A stretch of DNA of 64,000 bases from Bacilli bacterium (GTDB taxonomy: Bacteria > Bacillota_I > Bacilli_A > RFN20 > CAG-826), in NCBI GenBank assembly GCA_045598525.1, contig JAZLMH010000023.1:10004-74003 (forward strand). The letters run 5' to 3'. The notes under the pieces were generated by a model, which saw only the letters and a program-made list of their open reading frames with translations, did not search any database and was not told the DNA's origin. The translations under genes were made by a program, and so were the position numbers. Of this stretch, positions 1-9,770 are shown one piece after another. How positions within the stretch are numbered: the stretch's first letter is position 1; each line of letters begins with the position of its first letter.

Positions 1-133
1 TAGATGAAGATTCGCTAGGCAAGGAAGATTCCGCTTCGCTTTGATTAGCGAGTGTTGATTCATCTTTTGGGCTATTAGAACAAGCGCTAAGAACAAAAGG
101 AGCAACTAATAGTAATAGCTTATTTAATTTCAT
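1..133 (-). CDS. Lipoprotein, 5' part only; the gene runs off the window start
   Basis: The minus-strand ATG at 131..133 overlaps the TGA stop of the upstream malic enzyme gene (ATGA). It translates MKLNKLLLLVAPFVLSACSNSPKDES..., a signal peptide with an LSAC lipobox. The ORF track omits it because it is shorter than 60 aa inside the window. Confidence 0.45.
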   Translation of the reverse strand, partial: MKLNKLLLLVAPFVLSACSNSPKDESTLANQSEAESSLPSESSS

Positions 134-1305
134 TGTCTGATGACCCCTTCCTCGATAGCGGCATTCTTAACTGCTTCGCTTACCGCTTTGACAACTCTTT
201 CATCGAATGCACTTGGAAGAATGTAGTCTACGTTAAGCTCTTCGTCTTTGATCAAGTATGCAAGAGCTTTTGCGGCTGCCATCTTCATGCCTTCTGTGAT
301 CTTTGTTGCATTAGCGTCTAATGCGCCTCTAAAGATGCCTGGGAAAGCTAAGAGATTGTTTACCTGGTTAGGATAATCGCTTCTTCCTGTGCCAACAATC
401 ACTGCGCCTGCTTCTTTTGCATCAGCATAACTGATTTCAGGTGTTGGATTTGCCATAGCGAAGACAAAAGCGTCTTTCATGCTTCTAACCATGTCTTTTG
501 ATACGAGGTTTGGGGCAGACACGCCAACAAACACATTAGCACCTTCAAGAAGAGACGCTAATGTGCCTTTGTGGTTTGGTTTGGTGTCGATGATGCCGTC
601 ATCAATCAATTCCTTAACCGCGAAGTCATATTTGTCATAGTCTTTCTTATCGACAACGCCATTGATGTTTACTGCGTAAATTGTTTTGACGCCAAGTCTC
701 TTGAGCATTCTTGCGATATTACTTCCTGCTGCGCCTGTGCCACTCATAACGACAACAAGATCCTCCATCTTCTTGCCAGTTAATCTGACGCAGTTCATAA
801 CAGCTGCGCCAACAACAATAGATGTGCCATGTTGGTCATCGTGCATGACTGGGATATCGAGTTCTTTGATAAGTCTTCTTTCGATTGTGACGCATCTTGG
901 AGCGCTAATGTCTTCTAAGTTAATGCCACCAAGAGATGGAGCTAAGATTTTGCAGGTTCTAATGATTTCTTCTGGATCCTTTGTGTCAATGCATAATGGA
1001 ATTGCATCAATGTTTGCAAACTTCTTGAAAAGATTGCATTTGCCTTCCATAACTGGAATGCCAGCTTCTGGTCCAATATCGCCTAAACCAAGGACTGCTG
1101 TTCCATCGGAAATAACTGCGATTGTGTTCCCTTTAGAGGTGTATTTATAGACTAAAGACTTATCTTTAGCAATCTCTTTGCACGGTTCTGCAACTCCTGG
1201 AGTGTAAGCAACACTTAAATCGTGCTTATCTTCGATTGGGAGCTTGAGGGATGTCTCAAATTTGCCTCCCTCATGTTTCATTAAAGCTTCTTCACGTAAA
1301 TCCAT
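130..1305 (-). CDS. NAD(P)-dependent malic enzyme, short ~390 aa form without a PTA domain
   Basis: 391 aa. The N-terminal malic-enzyme motif VAYTPGVA is present, followed by a Rossmann dinucleotide-binding segment (GTGAAGSNIA). The length matches the short Firmicutes type. Confidence 0.9.
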   Translation of the reverse strand: MDLREEALMKHEGGKFETSLKLPIEDKHDLSVAYTPGVAEPCKEIAKDKSLVYKYTSKGNTIAVISDGTAVLGLGDIGPEAGIPVMEGKCNLFKKFANIDAIPLCIDTKDPEEIIRTCKILAPSLGGINLEDISAPRCVTIERRLIKELDIPVMHDDQHGTSIVVGAAVMNCVRLTGKKMEDLVVVMSGTGAAGSNIARMLKRLGVKTIYAVNINGVVDKKDYDKYDFAVKELIDDGIIDTKPNHKGTLASLLEGANVFVGVSAPNLVSKDMVRSMKDAFVFAMANPTPEISYADAKEAGAVIVGTGRSDYPNQVNNLLAFPGIFRGALDANATKITEGMKMAAAKALAYLIKDEELNVDYILPSAFDERVVKAVSEAVKNAAIEEGVIRQ

Positions 1306-1308
1306 AAA

Positions 1309-1806
1309 TTACCTCTCAAATATACTGTTTCCATATGTATCGTATGCAACGATCACAGGGAAACCTTTAACAACAAGTTTTTTAATTGATTCGCATCCTA
1401 AGTCCCCGAAGGCCACTTCTTCGCAGAATTCTACTTTCTTAGAAAGAAGGGCGCCTGCGCCGCCCGTAGCGACAAGATAGACAAGCTGATAGTCCTTACA
1501 AGCTTTTCTAACCTCTTCGCTTCTTGGGCCTTTGCCAATCATGCCTTTGATTTTTAGTTTAGGCATCATGTTGATGAATTTATCCATCCTGCTTGATGTA
1601 GTTGGGCCAATTGATCCTACTATTCCATCGGGTTTTGTTGGCGTAGGACCTGCATAATATATAAACGATCCTTCAAATTTCACCGGCAATTCTTGATTAT
1701 TTTCTAATAGCCCTGCAATTCTAGCGTGGGCTGCGTCTCTTGCTGTATAGATAATTTCATCAAGTTCGACTACATCCCCGGCATGAAGCTTTGTGACGTC
1801 TATCAT
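1309..1806 (-). CDS. Class I Fe-S hydro-lyase beta subunit (fumarate hydratase FumB-type or tartrate dehydratase TtdB-like)
   Basis: 165 aa. It is adjacent to and overlaps the alpha-subunit gene by 4 nt, the typical split two-subunit arrangement. Confidence 0.75.
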   Translation of the reverse strand: MIDVTKLHAGDVVELDEIIYTARDAAHARIAGLLENNQELPVKFEGSFIYYAGPTPTKPDGIVGSIGPTTSSRMDKFINMMPKLKIKGMIGKGPRSEEVRKACKDYQLVYLVATGGAGALLSKKVEFCEEVAFGDLGCESIKKLVVKGFPVIVAYDTYGNSIFER

Positions 1807-2639
1807 AACTTAACCTCCACATGTCTATTAGCGTGGCATTGAATGTTGACTGCGACAGGAAGGGAGGCAATATGGCATGGCGCAACATTGATGAATACGC
1901 CTAAGCAAGTTGTCTTGCCACCAAGCCCCATAGGGCCAATATCTAATTTATTAACCTCTTCCTTGATTTCGGATTCTAATTTGGCAATCTCTTGATTAGC
2001 AGATTGTTCTTCTCTGAGAAGTGCTTCTTTGGCCATCAAAGCAGATTTCTCAAAATTACCACCGATACCAATTCCTAAGAATATAGGAGGGCATGGTCTT
2101 CCATCCGCTTCTTTTACTGTATTGATGACAAACTCTTTGATTCCTTTTACACCATCGGTTGGATTCATCATCTTTAGTTTGGACATATTCTCGCTTCCAG
2201 CGCCTTTTGGAGCAATCTTGATAGTTAGGTTATCGCTTACTTCAGTTTTAACGTGGATTATTGCCGGAGTGTTATCTTTGGTATTAATTCTCGAGAGAGG
2301 ATCAGCAACAGATTTGCGAAGATAATAATCGTTATAAGCGCTGCGTACTCCAGCGTTTATTGCTTCATTTAAATCGCCATCAATCATTACTTGATTCCCT
2401 ATCGTGACGAAGCAGGTAACAATGCCGGTGTCTTGGCACATCGGAATCGATTCTTCTTTTGCCAATGCGGCGTTATTTAAAATTTGAGAGATTATTTCTT
2501 TGCTTAGATTCTTATCTTCGTTTCTCTTCGCTTCTTCCAAAAGGCCAAGAGTAAAAGAGTTGAGATTATGGCAAGCCTCATATATTGCTTGTTTAACTGC
2601 GTTTTCAATATCGATGGTCTTAATTAATTTCATAAACAA
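1803..2639 (-). CDS. Class I Fe-S hydro-lyase alpha subunit (fumarate hydratase or tartrate dehydratase catalytic subunit)
   Basis: 278 aa. It carries the conserved CQDTG motif and is coupled to the beta subunit through an ATGA overlap. Confidence 0.75.
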   Translation of the reverse strand: MFMKLIKTIDIENAVKQAIYEACHNLNSFTLGLLEEAKRNEDKNLSKEIISQILNNAALAKEESIPMCQDTGIVTCFVTIGNQVMIDGDLNEAINAGVRSAYNDYYLRKSVADPLSRINTKDNTPAIIHVKTEVSDNLTIKIAPKGAGSENMSKLKMMNPTDGVKGIKEFVINTVKEADGRPCPPIFLGIGIGGNFEKSALMAKEALLREEQSANQEIAKLESEIKEEVNKLDIGPMGLGGKTTCLGVFINVAPCHIASLPVAVNIQCHANRHVEVKL

Positions 2640-2677
2640 ATATTAGCACTTATTAATAGCATGGCTTATTAATAATT

Positions 2678-2707
2678 TAAAAAAAGACTCGCCTTTTTGC
2701 GAGTCTA
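2678..2707 (-). terminator. Rho-independent terminator after the GGDEF gene
   Basis: A perfect 8 bp stem (agactcgc / gcgagtct) with a 6 nt loop. On the minus strand it is followed by a run of 7 U. It overlaps the stop codon of the 2705..3862 gene. Confidence 0.6.
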
Positions 2708-3862
2708 TTCAGATTGTTGTTCTTTTTTATAATACGATTTCTTATCTTCGTACATATAAGCGTCTGCTGTTTGTAAGGCGTTTGAAAAGGCTTCTTGGCT
2801 TCCAAAACCCCCAACGTAGCATCCAACACTGAAATTGATCTCATATGGTTTTCCGCTGTTTTTGTTGAATTTTTCAGAAGCGGATTTAATAGATTCTTTT
2901 AATTCTGCAACCATTTCATCGTCAGCATTTCTGGAAACAATAACAAATTCATCTCCGCCATATCTGCAAAGGAACATTTCTCTTTTGTGTTTTGCTGTTA
3001 CTTCTTTTAATAACTCAGCCGCATCAGCCAAAGCAATATCTCCAACATCATGACCAAGTTTGTCGTTAATGTTTTTAAAAGCGTTGATATCAATCATTGC
3101 TACAAGCATGTCATGGCTTGATGGTCTTCTAATGAGGTAATCGACATAGTCGTTCAGGGCGTTTCTGTTGTTTGTGCCAGTTAATTGATCTCTTGTGATT
3201 TGGTCTGATTGGTCCTTGTATGTCATAAGAACCATCATCAAAGTAATGCCAACTTGGATTGCGGTGATTCCATAGAAAATCATCTGAGCGACGCCGCCGA
3301 TGACCGGGAAAAGCAAAAAGTAGATAAGAGGTAAATATTCTTGTTTTTTAGCAGGGCTGACGGCTTTTGAAATCGCAAATCCAGCAGCGATGCCGGAAGC
3401 AATGATATAAAGCCATAACAATGCCCAATTAACAGCAAGGAAAGGCCCTCTAACGTATTCGTTTTTATCGTTTATGGAGAACAATACGTTGGTGAAAGGA
3501 TTGATTACAACAAGAACAAAGCAAAGAAAGAGAGGGATTGAAAAAAGGGTCCACTGCCACTTAGTTGGTTTGAAATCGATTCTACTAAAAACCAAAATCA
3601 TCCAAGTAAACGGAAGAACGTTAACCATCAAATCATACAAGAGATTGCTTATTTGAATTAAAATCCTCGCGCCTTCAAACATCTGCCCTCTTAAAGAAAT
3701 GGCAGCAATGTCTGAGATGCAAAGAATCCATAAGCAAACCGCCATAATTCTTTTGATCTGGAAACTGACTGTTCTATTTTGGTTAATCAAAAAGAACATG
3801 ATGGCAGAAACGATCATGCATATAACGTTGACTTCAATATATGTGGCAATACTTGTGTTCAT
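2705..3862 (-). CDS. Membrane-bound diguanylate cyclase (GGDEF domain)
   Basis: 385 aa. About 6 N-terminal TM helices are followed by a C-terminal GGDEF domain with an intact RYGGDEF motif. Confidence 0.85.
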   Translation of the reverse strand: MNTSIATYIEVNVICMIVSAIMFFLINQNRTVSFQIKRIMAVCLWILCISDIAAISLRGQMFEGARILIQISNLLYDLMVNVLPFTWMILVFSRIDFKPTKWQWTLFSIPLFLCFVLVVINPFTNVLFSINDKNEYVRGPFLAVNWALLWLYIIASGIAAGFAISKAVSPAKKQEYLPLIYFLLFPVIGGVAQMIFYGITAIQVGITLMMVLMTYKDQSDQITRDQLTGTNNRNALNDYVDYLIRRPSSHDMLVAMIDINAFKNINDKLGHDVGDIALADAAELLKEVTAKHKREMFLCRYGGDEFVIVSRNADDEMVAELKESIKSASEKFNKNSGKPYEINFSVGCYVGGFGSQEAFSNALQTADAYMYEDKKSYYKKEQQSE

Positions 3863-3959
3863 AGTCTTCTTTAGTAAAAATGTATCAAATTTTTGTGTTA
3901 AACAAAAGGGGTAAAAAACTAGGCCTAATTGAAAGGCCTAGTTTATGGTTTGCTTGCAA

Positions 3960-6572
3960 TTAGTTGCCCTTATATGCGTCTTTAAGAATCTGCATGAGAT
4001 CTTTAACAAGAGGCATTCTTGGGTTTGCTGGAGTGCACTGATCTTCGTAAGCGAGATAAGCGATGTCCTCAAGCTTGCTATTGAATAATTCTTCGTCTGG
4101 GATAAGAGATTGGAAGTTCATGTCGATTCCAATGTCTTTACCAAGATCTAAAACCGCTTTTGAAAGGACATCCTTAGCTTCTTCTCTTGTCTTGCATTCA
4201 AGACCTAAGGTATTGCAGATCTCCATGTATTTCTCGTCGCAGCAGTATTCTTCATACTTTGGCCAGACGCCAAGTTTTGTCGGAACTGTGCCATTATATC
4301 TGATGACGTGAGGCAATAAGATTCCGCATGTTCTGCCGTGGACTGTATGGAATTCAGCGCCGACCTTGTGTGCTAATGAGTGAGCAATGCCAAGGAATGC
4401 GTTAGCAAATGCCATGCCTGCGATTGTCGCAGCGTTATGCATGTGTTCTCTAGCATCAAGATCATTCTTGCCGTTCTTGACACAGCGTGGAAGGTATTTG
4501 AAGACGAGTTTGATAGCGTTTAATGCAAGACCGTCTGTGTAGTCGCTTGCTAAAACTGATGTATATGCTTCAATTGCGTGGGTGAGAACGTCCATACCGG
4601 TCTCAGCGGTTGCTCTTGCTGGAAGATTGGTGGTGAATTCTGGATCTACAATCGAAACAGTTGGTGTCAATGAGTAGTCGGTTAATGGATATTTCTTGCC
4701 GTTTGCCTTATCTGAAATGACAGCAAATGGTGTAACCTCTGAGCCTGTGCCAGAGGTTGTTGGGATACAGATTAACTTAGACTTTCTTCCAAGTTCAGGA
4801 TATTTGAATGCTCTCTTACGGATATCCATGAACTTTTGTTTTAAGTTGTCAAAGTCAACTTCTGGATGTTCATAGAATAACCACATGCCTTTAGCGGCAT
4901 CCATTGGTGAACCGCCACCTAAAGCGATGATTGTGTCAGGCTTGAACTGTTCCATGAGAGCAACACCGCGCTTGACGGTTGTGATATCTGGATCAGGCTC
5001 GACTTCGCTGAATAACTGATAAGTAACTTCGTTTCTTCTCTGATTGAGAATGTCGATGATCTTGTTTAAGAAGCCAAGCTCGACCATTGATCTATCTGTG
5101 ACGATGAAGACCTTACCAACTTCTTTACACGATCTTAAATATTCGATTGAGTTTCTTTCAAAATATATCTTCTGAGGGACTTTAAACCACTGCATAGTAT
5201 TTCTCCTTTTTGCAACTTTCTTGATGTTCAATAAATTGAGTGCGCCAACGTTTCCTGAGACGCTGTTGTGTCCGTAGGAACCACACCCGAGGGTAAGCGA
5301 TGGGATAAGTGAGTTATAAACGTTACCAATACCACCGAAAGTTGTTGGAGAATTCCAAATAATACGAATTGCTTTTACTGTATCACCAAATCTTGTAGAC
5401 ATTTCCTGGTCGTGACAGTGAATGCCTGCTGTGTGGCCAAGACCGCCAAATTCGAGCATCTTCTCGCAAAGGTCTGTGCCTTCTTCAAAGCTCCTAACTT
5501 TGTAGATGGCTAAGATTGGTGAGAGCTTTTCTCTAGACATTGGTTCTGCGTCACCGACTTCTTCTGCAAGGGTTGCGATGATTGGAGTTTCTGCAGGAAC
5601 TTCAAATCCAGCGTTCAAAGCAATTTTTGTTGCTGGCATGCCAACTACTGGAGCATTTAATTTTGCTTCAGCGACATTTTTGTCCCCTTTAGCAACGCCA
5701 AAGAGATATTTTTCAAGCTTTCTTGTTTCTTCTGGTGTCGCGAAATAGACTCTGAATCTCTTCATGGTCTCAACAAACTCATCATAGACGTTTTCATGGA
5801 CAAAGATTGCTGATTCAGAAGCGCAAATCATACCGTTATCGAATGCTTTTGAAAGGATGATGTCATTGACCGCTCTCTTAATGTCAGCTGATTCGTCAAC
5901 ATAGACAGGGACGTTACCTGCGCCAACGCCAAGAGCTGGTTTGCCACAACTATAGGCGGCTTTGACCATTGCGTTTCCACCTGTTGCTAAAATCGTTGCA
6001 ACACCATCATGATTCATTAGGGCTGACGTCGCTTCAAGTGAAGGATGTTCAATCCATTGGATGCAGTTTGCCGGAGCGCCTGCCTCGATTGCTGCCTCAA
6101 GCATGACCTGAGCTGCGTGTTTTGAGCACTGCTGTGCGCTTGGATGAAAACCGAAGATGATAGGGTTTCTCGTCTTGATAGCGATTAAGCATTTAAAGAT
6201 GACTGTGCTTGTTGGGTTTGTAACAGGCGTGACACCTGCAACAACACCGACTGGTTCAGCGATTTCAGTGATACCACTTACTGAGTTCTCTGAAATGACG
6301 CCAACCGTCTTGGTGTGTCTCATGTTGTTAACAACATACTCACAAGCGAATAAGTTCTTGGTTGCTTTGTCCTCAAATACACCACGTCCTGTTTCTTCAA
6401 TTGCGTGTTTAGCTAATATGCCGTGTTTGTCTAAACCGGCAACGCTCATTCTAGCAACGATATAGTCAATTTTTTCTTGGTCAAAAGCATCAAATTCATT
6501 AAGTGCGACTAAAGCTTTTTCGACAAGAGAATTGACTTCTTCTTGAGCGGATGAAATTTTCTTTTCTTCCAT
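3960..6572 (-). CDS. adhE: Bifunctional acetaldehyde-CoA / alcohol dehydrogenase
   Basis: 870 aa. An N-terminal aldehyde dehydrogenase domain is fused to a C-terminal iron-containing alcohol dehydrogenase domain with GGGS and His-rich metal motifs. Confidence 0.95.
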   Translation of the reverse strand: MEEKKISSAQEEVNSLVEKALVALNEFDAFDQEKIDYIVARMSVAGLDKHGILAKHAIEETGRGVFEDKATKNLFACEYVVNNMRHTKTVGVISENSVSGITEIAEPVGVVAGVTPVTNPTSTVIFKCLIAIKTRNPIIFGFHPSAQQCSKHAAQVMLEAAIEAGAPANCIQWIEHPSLEATSALMNHDGVATILATGGNAMVKAAYSCGKPALGVGAGNVPVYVDESADIKRAVNDIILSKAFDNGMICASESAIFVHENVYDEFVETMKRFRVYFATPEETRKLEKYLFGVAKGDKNVAEAKLNAPVVGMPATKIALNAGFEVPAETPIIATLAEEVGDAEPMSREKLSPILAIYKVRSFEEGTDLCEKMLEFGGLGHTAGIHCHDQEMSTRFGDTVKAIRIIWNSPTTFGGIGNVYNSLIPSLTLGCGSYGHNSVSGNVGALNLLNIKKVAKRRNTMQWFKVPQKIYFERNSIEYLRSCKEVGKVFIVTDRSMVELGFLNKIIDILNQRRNEVTYQLFSEVEPDPDITTVKRGVALMEQFKPDTIIALGGGSPMDAAKGMWLFYEHPEVDFDNLKQKFMDIRKRAFKYPELGRKSKLICIPTTSGTGSEVTPFAVISDKANGKKYPLTDYSLTPTVSIVDPEFTTNLPARATAETGMDVLTHAIEAYTSVLASDYTDGLALNAIKLVFKYLPRCVKNGKNDLDAREHMHNAATIAGMAFANAFLGIAHSLAHKVGAEFHTVHGRTCGILLPHVIRYNGTVPTKLGVWPKYEEYCCDEKYMEICNTLGLECKTREEAKDVLSKAVLDLGKDIGIDMNFQSLIPDEELFNSKLEDIAYLAYEDQCTPANPRMPLVKDLMQILKDAYKGN

Positions 6573-6708
6573 TAGCGGCTCCTTTCAATAGCTGATTTCT
6601 TCTATAGAAATCATTACAATTCTAAAGAATTTTTACTTTTTGTAAACAAAAATGCACCAAAAAATGACTCGCAATTTTTGCTGTTTTTTTGACGAAAGAT
6701 TCTTTTTT

Positions 6709-6743
6709 TAAAAAAGAAAAGAGGCAAATTTATAAATTGCCCC
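6709..6743 (-). terminator. Rho-independent terminator after the lipoprotein gene; T-runs on both strands
   Basis: A ggcaa...ttgcc hairpin at 6722..6743 is flanked by an A-run on plus (a U-run on minus) and by ccttttttta on plus. It lies inside the adhE upstream region. Confidence 0.45.
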
Positions 6744-6764
6744 TTTTTTATGATATACGTTTGC

Positions 6765-7763
6765 CTACATTTCAAAACTGCCAATCCAGTCTGCAAACTC
6801 TTGATACAGCGTTTCCCACCTTACCGCAAGGGTTTTGTCGGTAAGTTCGAAAACATAGTCTTCAACACCGAATTCTTCAACATATCTGAAGGTATAAGTG
6901 TAGTGACCCGCTTCCAATTCTGATAAAGCATACTCGGCAAGAGTTTTTGCCTTGTTTATATTTTGCTTTAAATCTTCGAAGCCTGTTGTCGAAATTTTAT
7001 CCAACCTTGAGATAAGGTTTGAAAAATAACCGCTTTTGTAACCGTAGTTAAATTGAGCTCCATCATTTTTGATGTAATTTAGAGCATCACCAGGATAAAA
7101 ATAGAATCCAGCGACATACTCACCTTTGGAATTTGTATAGGAATCAATATAGTAAATTGGCCAATTACAGAGGAAATGAAGATAATCGTACATCGAGTAG
7201 ATATCTGCAACTAATCCACTTGAAGAAAGTCGTTGCCAAATGGCAAGCTCACTAGTCATTTCTTCCTCTTTCATGATTTTGTAATCAGCATTAACTATTT
7301 TGAAAGAAAACTCGTATCCAAACGGATCGCTGAAGTATTTTCCTTGTTCCGCCACTTCAAGAATGCCTGAGACCTTAATGGCTTGAGTCGTATAATCAAA
7401 GGTCACGCCTTTCTTTGGGTAAACTTCCATTGTATTAGAAAGCTGATTTGTGTTTGGCTTACAGAATGGGCAGTTTTGATATGGAAGGTTCATAAGAAAT
7501 ATGAAAGACCCATCAATGGGAGATGAAGTTGCCATAAAACCACAAATCTCAACCTTTTTGCCATTTAGCGTTGATAGGAATTCGTAACTGGCAGCAGATT
7601 TAAATGATATTCTGGTTGTATCACTCGGAGTAGTCGGAATAGTGATTGAAGATGCATTGCTTCCACTTCCTGTCTCTTCGCTCGGATTTGGATCCGTAGA
7701 GTTCCCGCATGCTGAAAGAAGCATAAGAGGGATTAATAATGATAGGGTCTTTCTTTTTTTCAT
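6765..7763 (-). CDS. Lipoprotein, probable accessory component of the adjacent FtsX-type ABC system
   Basis: 332 aa. The signal peptide has an LSAC lipobox. It is the last gene of a four-gene minus-strand cluster (small membrane protein, ATPase, permease, lipoprotein). Confidence 0.55.
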   Translation of the reverse strand: MKKRKTLSLLIPLMLLSACGNSTDPNPSEETGSGSNASSITIPTTPSDTTRISFKSAASYEFLSTLNGKKVEICGFMATSSPIDGSFIFLMNLPYQNCPFCKPNTNQLSNTMEVYPKKGVTFDYTTQAIKVSGILEVAEQGKYFSDPFGYEFSFKIVNADYKIMKEEEMTSELAIWQRLSSSGLVADIYSMYDYLHFLCNWPIYYIDSYTNSKGEYVAGFYFYPGDALNYIKNDGAQFNYGYKSGYFSNLISRLDKISTTGFEDLKQNINKAKTLAEYALSELEAGHYTYTFRYVEEFGVEDYVFELTDKTLAVRWETLYQEFADWIGSFEM

Positions 7764-7764
7764 A

Positions 7765-9075
7765 TTATTCTAAACCATCCTTTCGTGACATAACGTTTGT
7801 GCATATGAATGTAGGTAAAACATTAACCACAAATATTAAGAGTAAAACCAAGAATTCTGGTGCATACACTTTTCCAAGGTTTAAGACAACACCCATATTA
7901 GATGCATAATTGCCCATAGCAAGCAAACCAAGCCTTGATAAACCAAAGGCAAGAATGACCGCCACAAGACCAACTATGGCGTTTTGAATCAAGTAAAGTA
8001 GGTTTACTTTCTTCATACTGATGCCAATTAATCTCATAAGCTTAATATCCTTCTTTGACTGATGCATGTTGAGCAATGTGATAATGACGATTACCAAAAT
8101 GTTCATAAGAAGAATGATGCCCGCTAAAGCGTACACGATATAGCTAGTTTGATCTGTGTCTTTAAGGACGTTTCTCATAACTGCCATAGGCTCGATTGCC
8201 TGAAGCGAGAACGAATTTCCATCTTCTGTGATAATCTTGCCATTGTATTCGTTTTTAAGTTGTGTGGCCGTCATTGGATTTGTTGTACGGATAAGTAATG
8301 AGCAGACTCTGTCTTCCATTTCTTCGTGATCATGATCTTCATGGTCGTGGTCATTAGTTGGGAGATCGTGTCCTGGGATGCCTTCGGTTTCGGATCCCTC
8401 TTCATGTTCATGATCGTGGTCTTCATCCTCGTGCTCATGATCGTGGTCTTCATCCTCATGTTCGTGATCGTGGTCATGTTCTTCGTGAATTTCCCAAATC
8501 GATCTAAGCTGAGTGAATACAACTGTGTCAAATGAAGAATGTGACTGTTCTAAGATGCCTTTGACGACAAACGGTGTGTGATGTTCATCACCAATTCCGT
8601 GTGATGTATAAATGCTGTCTCCGATTTTTAAGTCATTGACTCTTGCGACTGTCGATCCAACAACAACTTCAAAAACTTCGCCTTCGTCAAACATTTCGCC
8701 TTTTGCGATGTTTTTGCCTTCGAGATATTCAGGAGTTGTGCCAACCATGCTATAGCCGTTATAGTTATCCGCCATAGCAAAAGGAATGACAGACTTGACT
8801 CTTGAATCCATATCAAGCTGTTCTTTCACAGAATAAGGGATTGTGCCAAGAGGCTCGTCTGTGAAATACATTGAGTTCATGGCAAGCTGAGTAGCGCTGC
8901 CGCTAGGACCAATGATGAGGGAATAGTATTGTGCGTTGCTGACAAGACCATCGCTAACTTGATTAGAGACGTTAAAGGCCATAACGCCAACGCCAGCAGA
9001 GATGAGAATTGAAAGAATAATTAATATAAACTGAACTTTCTTGATGAGAAGGTTCTTGATAGCAAATTTAAACAT
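7765..9075 (-). CDS. ABC transporter permease, FtsX/MacB-like, with a histidine-rich extracytoplasmic insert
   Basis: 436 aa. An N-terminal TM helix is followed by a large extracellular domain carrying HEEHDHDHEHEDEDHDHEHEDEDHDHEHEE and HDHEDHDHEE stretches, then a 3-TM FtsX-type C-terminus. Confidence 0.7.
   Translation of the reverse strand: MFKFAIKNLLIKKVQFILIILSILISAGVGVMAFNVSNQVSDGLVSNAQYYSLIIGPSGSATQLAMNSMYFTDEPLGTIPYSVKEQLDMDSRVKSVIPFAMADNYNGYSMVGTTPEYLEGKNIAKGEMFDEGEVFEVVVGSTVARVNDLKIGDSIYTSHGIGDEHHTPFVVKGILEQSHSSFDTVVFTQLRSIWEIHEEHDHDHEHEDEDHDHEHEDEDHDHEHEEGSETEGIPGHDLPTNDHDHEDHDHEEMEDRVCSLLIRTTNPMTATQLKNEYNGKIITEDGNSFSLQAIEPMAVMRNVLKDTDQTSYIVYALAGIILLMNILVIVIITLLNMHQSKKDIKLMRLIGISMKKVNLLYLIQNAIVGLVAVILAFGLSRLGLLAMGNYASNMGVVLNLGKVYAPEFLVLLLIFVVNVLPTFICTNVMSRKDGLE
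8330..8492 (-). repeat. In-frame tandem nucleotide repeats encoding the His/Asp/Glu-rich tract
   Basis: The unit tcatgatcgtggtcttcatcctc and variants recur several times on the plus strand. The spurious antisense ORFs at 8271..8531 and 8326..8535 are artefacts of this repeat. Confidence 0.7.
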
Positions 9076-9088
9076 ATCAATACACCTC

Positions 9089-9727
9089 CTAATTATCTTT
9101 TGACTGGGTAACCTTGTTCATATCGATTACCTCATCAAAGTATTTTGTTAATCTTTCGTCGTGGCTGACCACGATTAAAGTTTTGCCTTCACTTGCTTTA
9201 ACAAGTTCTTGGATGACCTTCTCACCAATTGTGTAGTTAAGATTGCCAGTTGGTTCATCACCTAAGATGATGTTAGGAGTTTTAACAAGTGCTCTAGCAA
9301 TAGCAACGCGCTGTTTTTCGCCGCCAGAAAGCTGCTTAATCTTTTTATTTCGCATCCCATATATGCCAAGCTCTTTTAAAAGGTCTCCTGCTTTGGATGT
9401 GTCGACTCCTTCTAATCTAAGGACATTGATATTATCCATAACAGACATATCCTCGATGAGTTTGAAATCTTGGAATATGTATCCAATATTTTTAATTCTG
9501 TAATTGTCTTTTTGCTTTTGGCTTAAGCAAGTCATCTCTTCGCCATCGATATAAATTTCACCGCAGTTTGGTGAAAGGATACCGCTGATCATATTCAAAA
9601 GAGTGGATTTGCCACAGCCTGAAGCGCCTAATAATATGTATTTTTTATTGTCTTCAAATACCAGGTCTTGATATTTGATTGTAGTTTCGTTTTGAAATTT
9701 CTTTTCTAATCCTTTTATTGTAATCAT
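9089..9727 (-). CDS. ABC transporter ATP-binding protein
   Basis: 212 aa. It has Walker A (GASGCGKST), the ABC signature (LSGGEKQR) and Walker B (ILGDEPT). Confidence 0.9.
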   Translation of the reverse strand: MITIKGLEKKFQNETTIKYQDLVFEDNKKYILLGASGCGKSTLLNMISGILSPNCGEIYIDGEEMTCLSQKQKDNYRIKNIGYIFQDFKLIEDMSVMDNINVLRLEGVDTSKAGDLLKELGIYGMRNKKIKQLSGGEKQRVAIARALVKTPNIILGDEPTGNLNYTIGEKVIQELVKASEGKTLIVVSHDERLTKYFDEVIDMNKVTQSKDN

Positions 9728-9770
9728 ATGTAAAAAACCTCTAATAAATCAGTGTTTAAAAAACACTGGT

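Noticed and set aside
133-1150. Plus-strand ORFs (133..321, 571..783, 686..1150) antisense to the malic enzyme gene, and many similar antisense ORFs across the window (e.g. 2029..2325, 5506..5748, 23180..23515, 58101..58310).
   Set aside because: They lie entirely inside well-supported genes on the opposite strand, lack RBSs and have low-complexity or atypical composition, so they are spurious.
6573-6764. An exact adhE promoter call in the AT-rich upstream region.
   Set aside because: Several equally plausible hexamer pairs exist, and hexamers could not be called reliably by eye.
8271-8535. Overlapping ORFs on both strands in the His-rich region, and 12034..12492 in the Ser-rich region.
   Set aside because: They are artefacts of tandem coding repeats inside the permease and lipoprotein genes.
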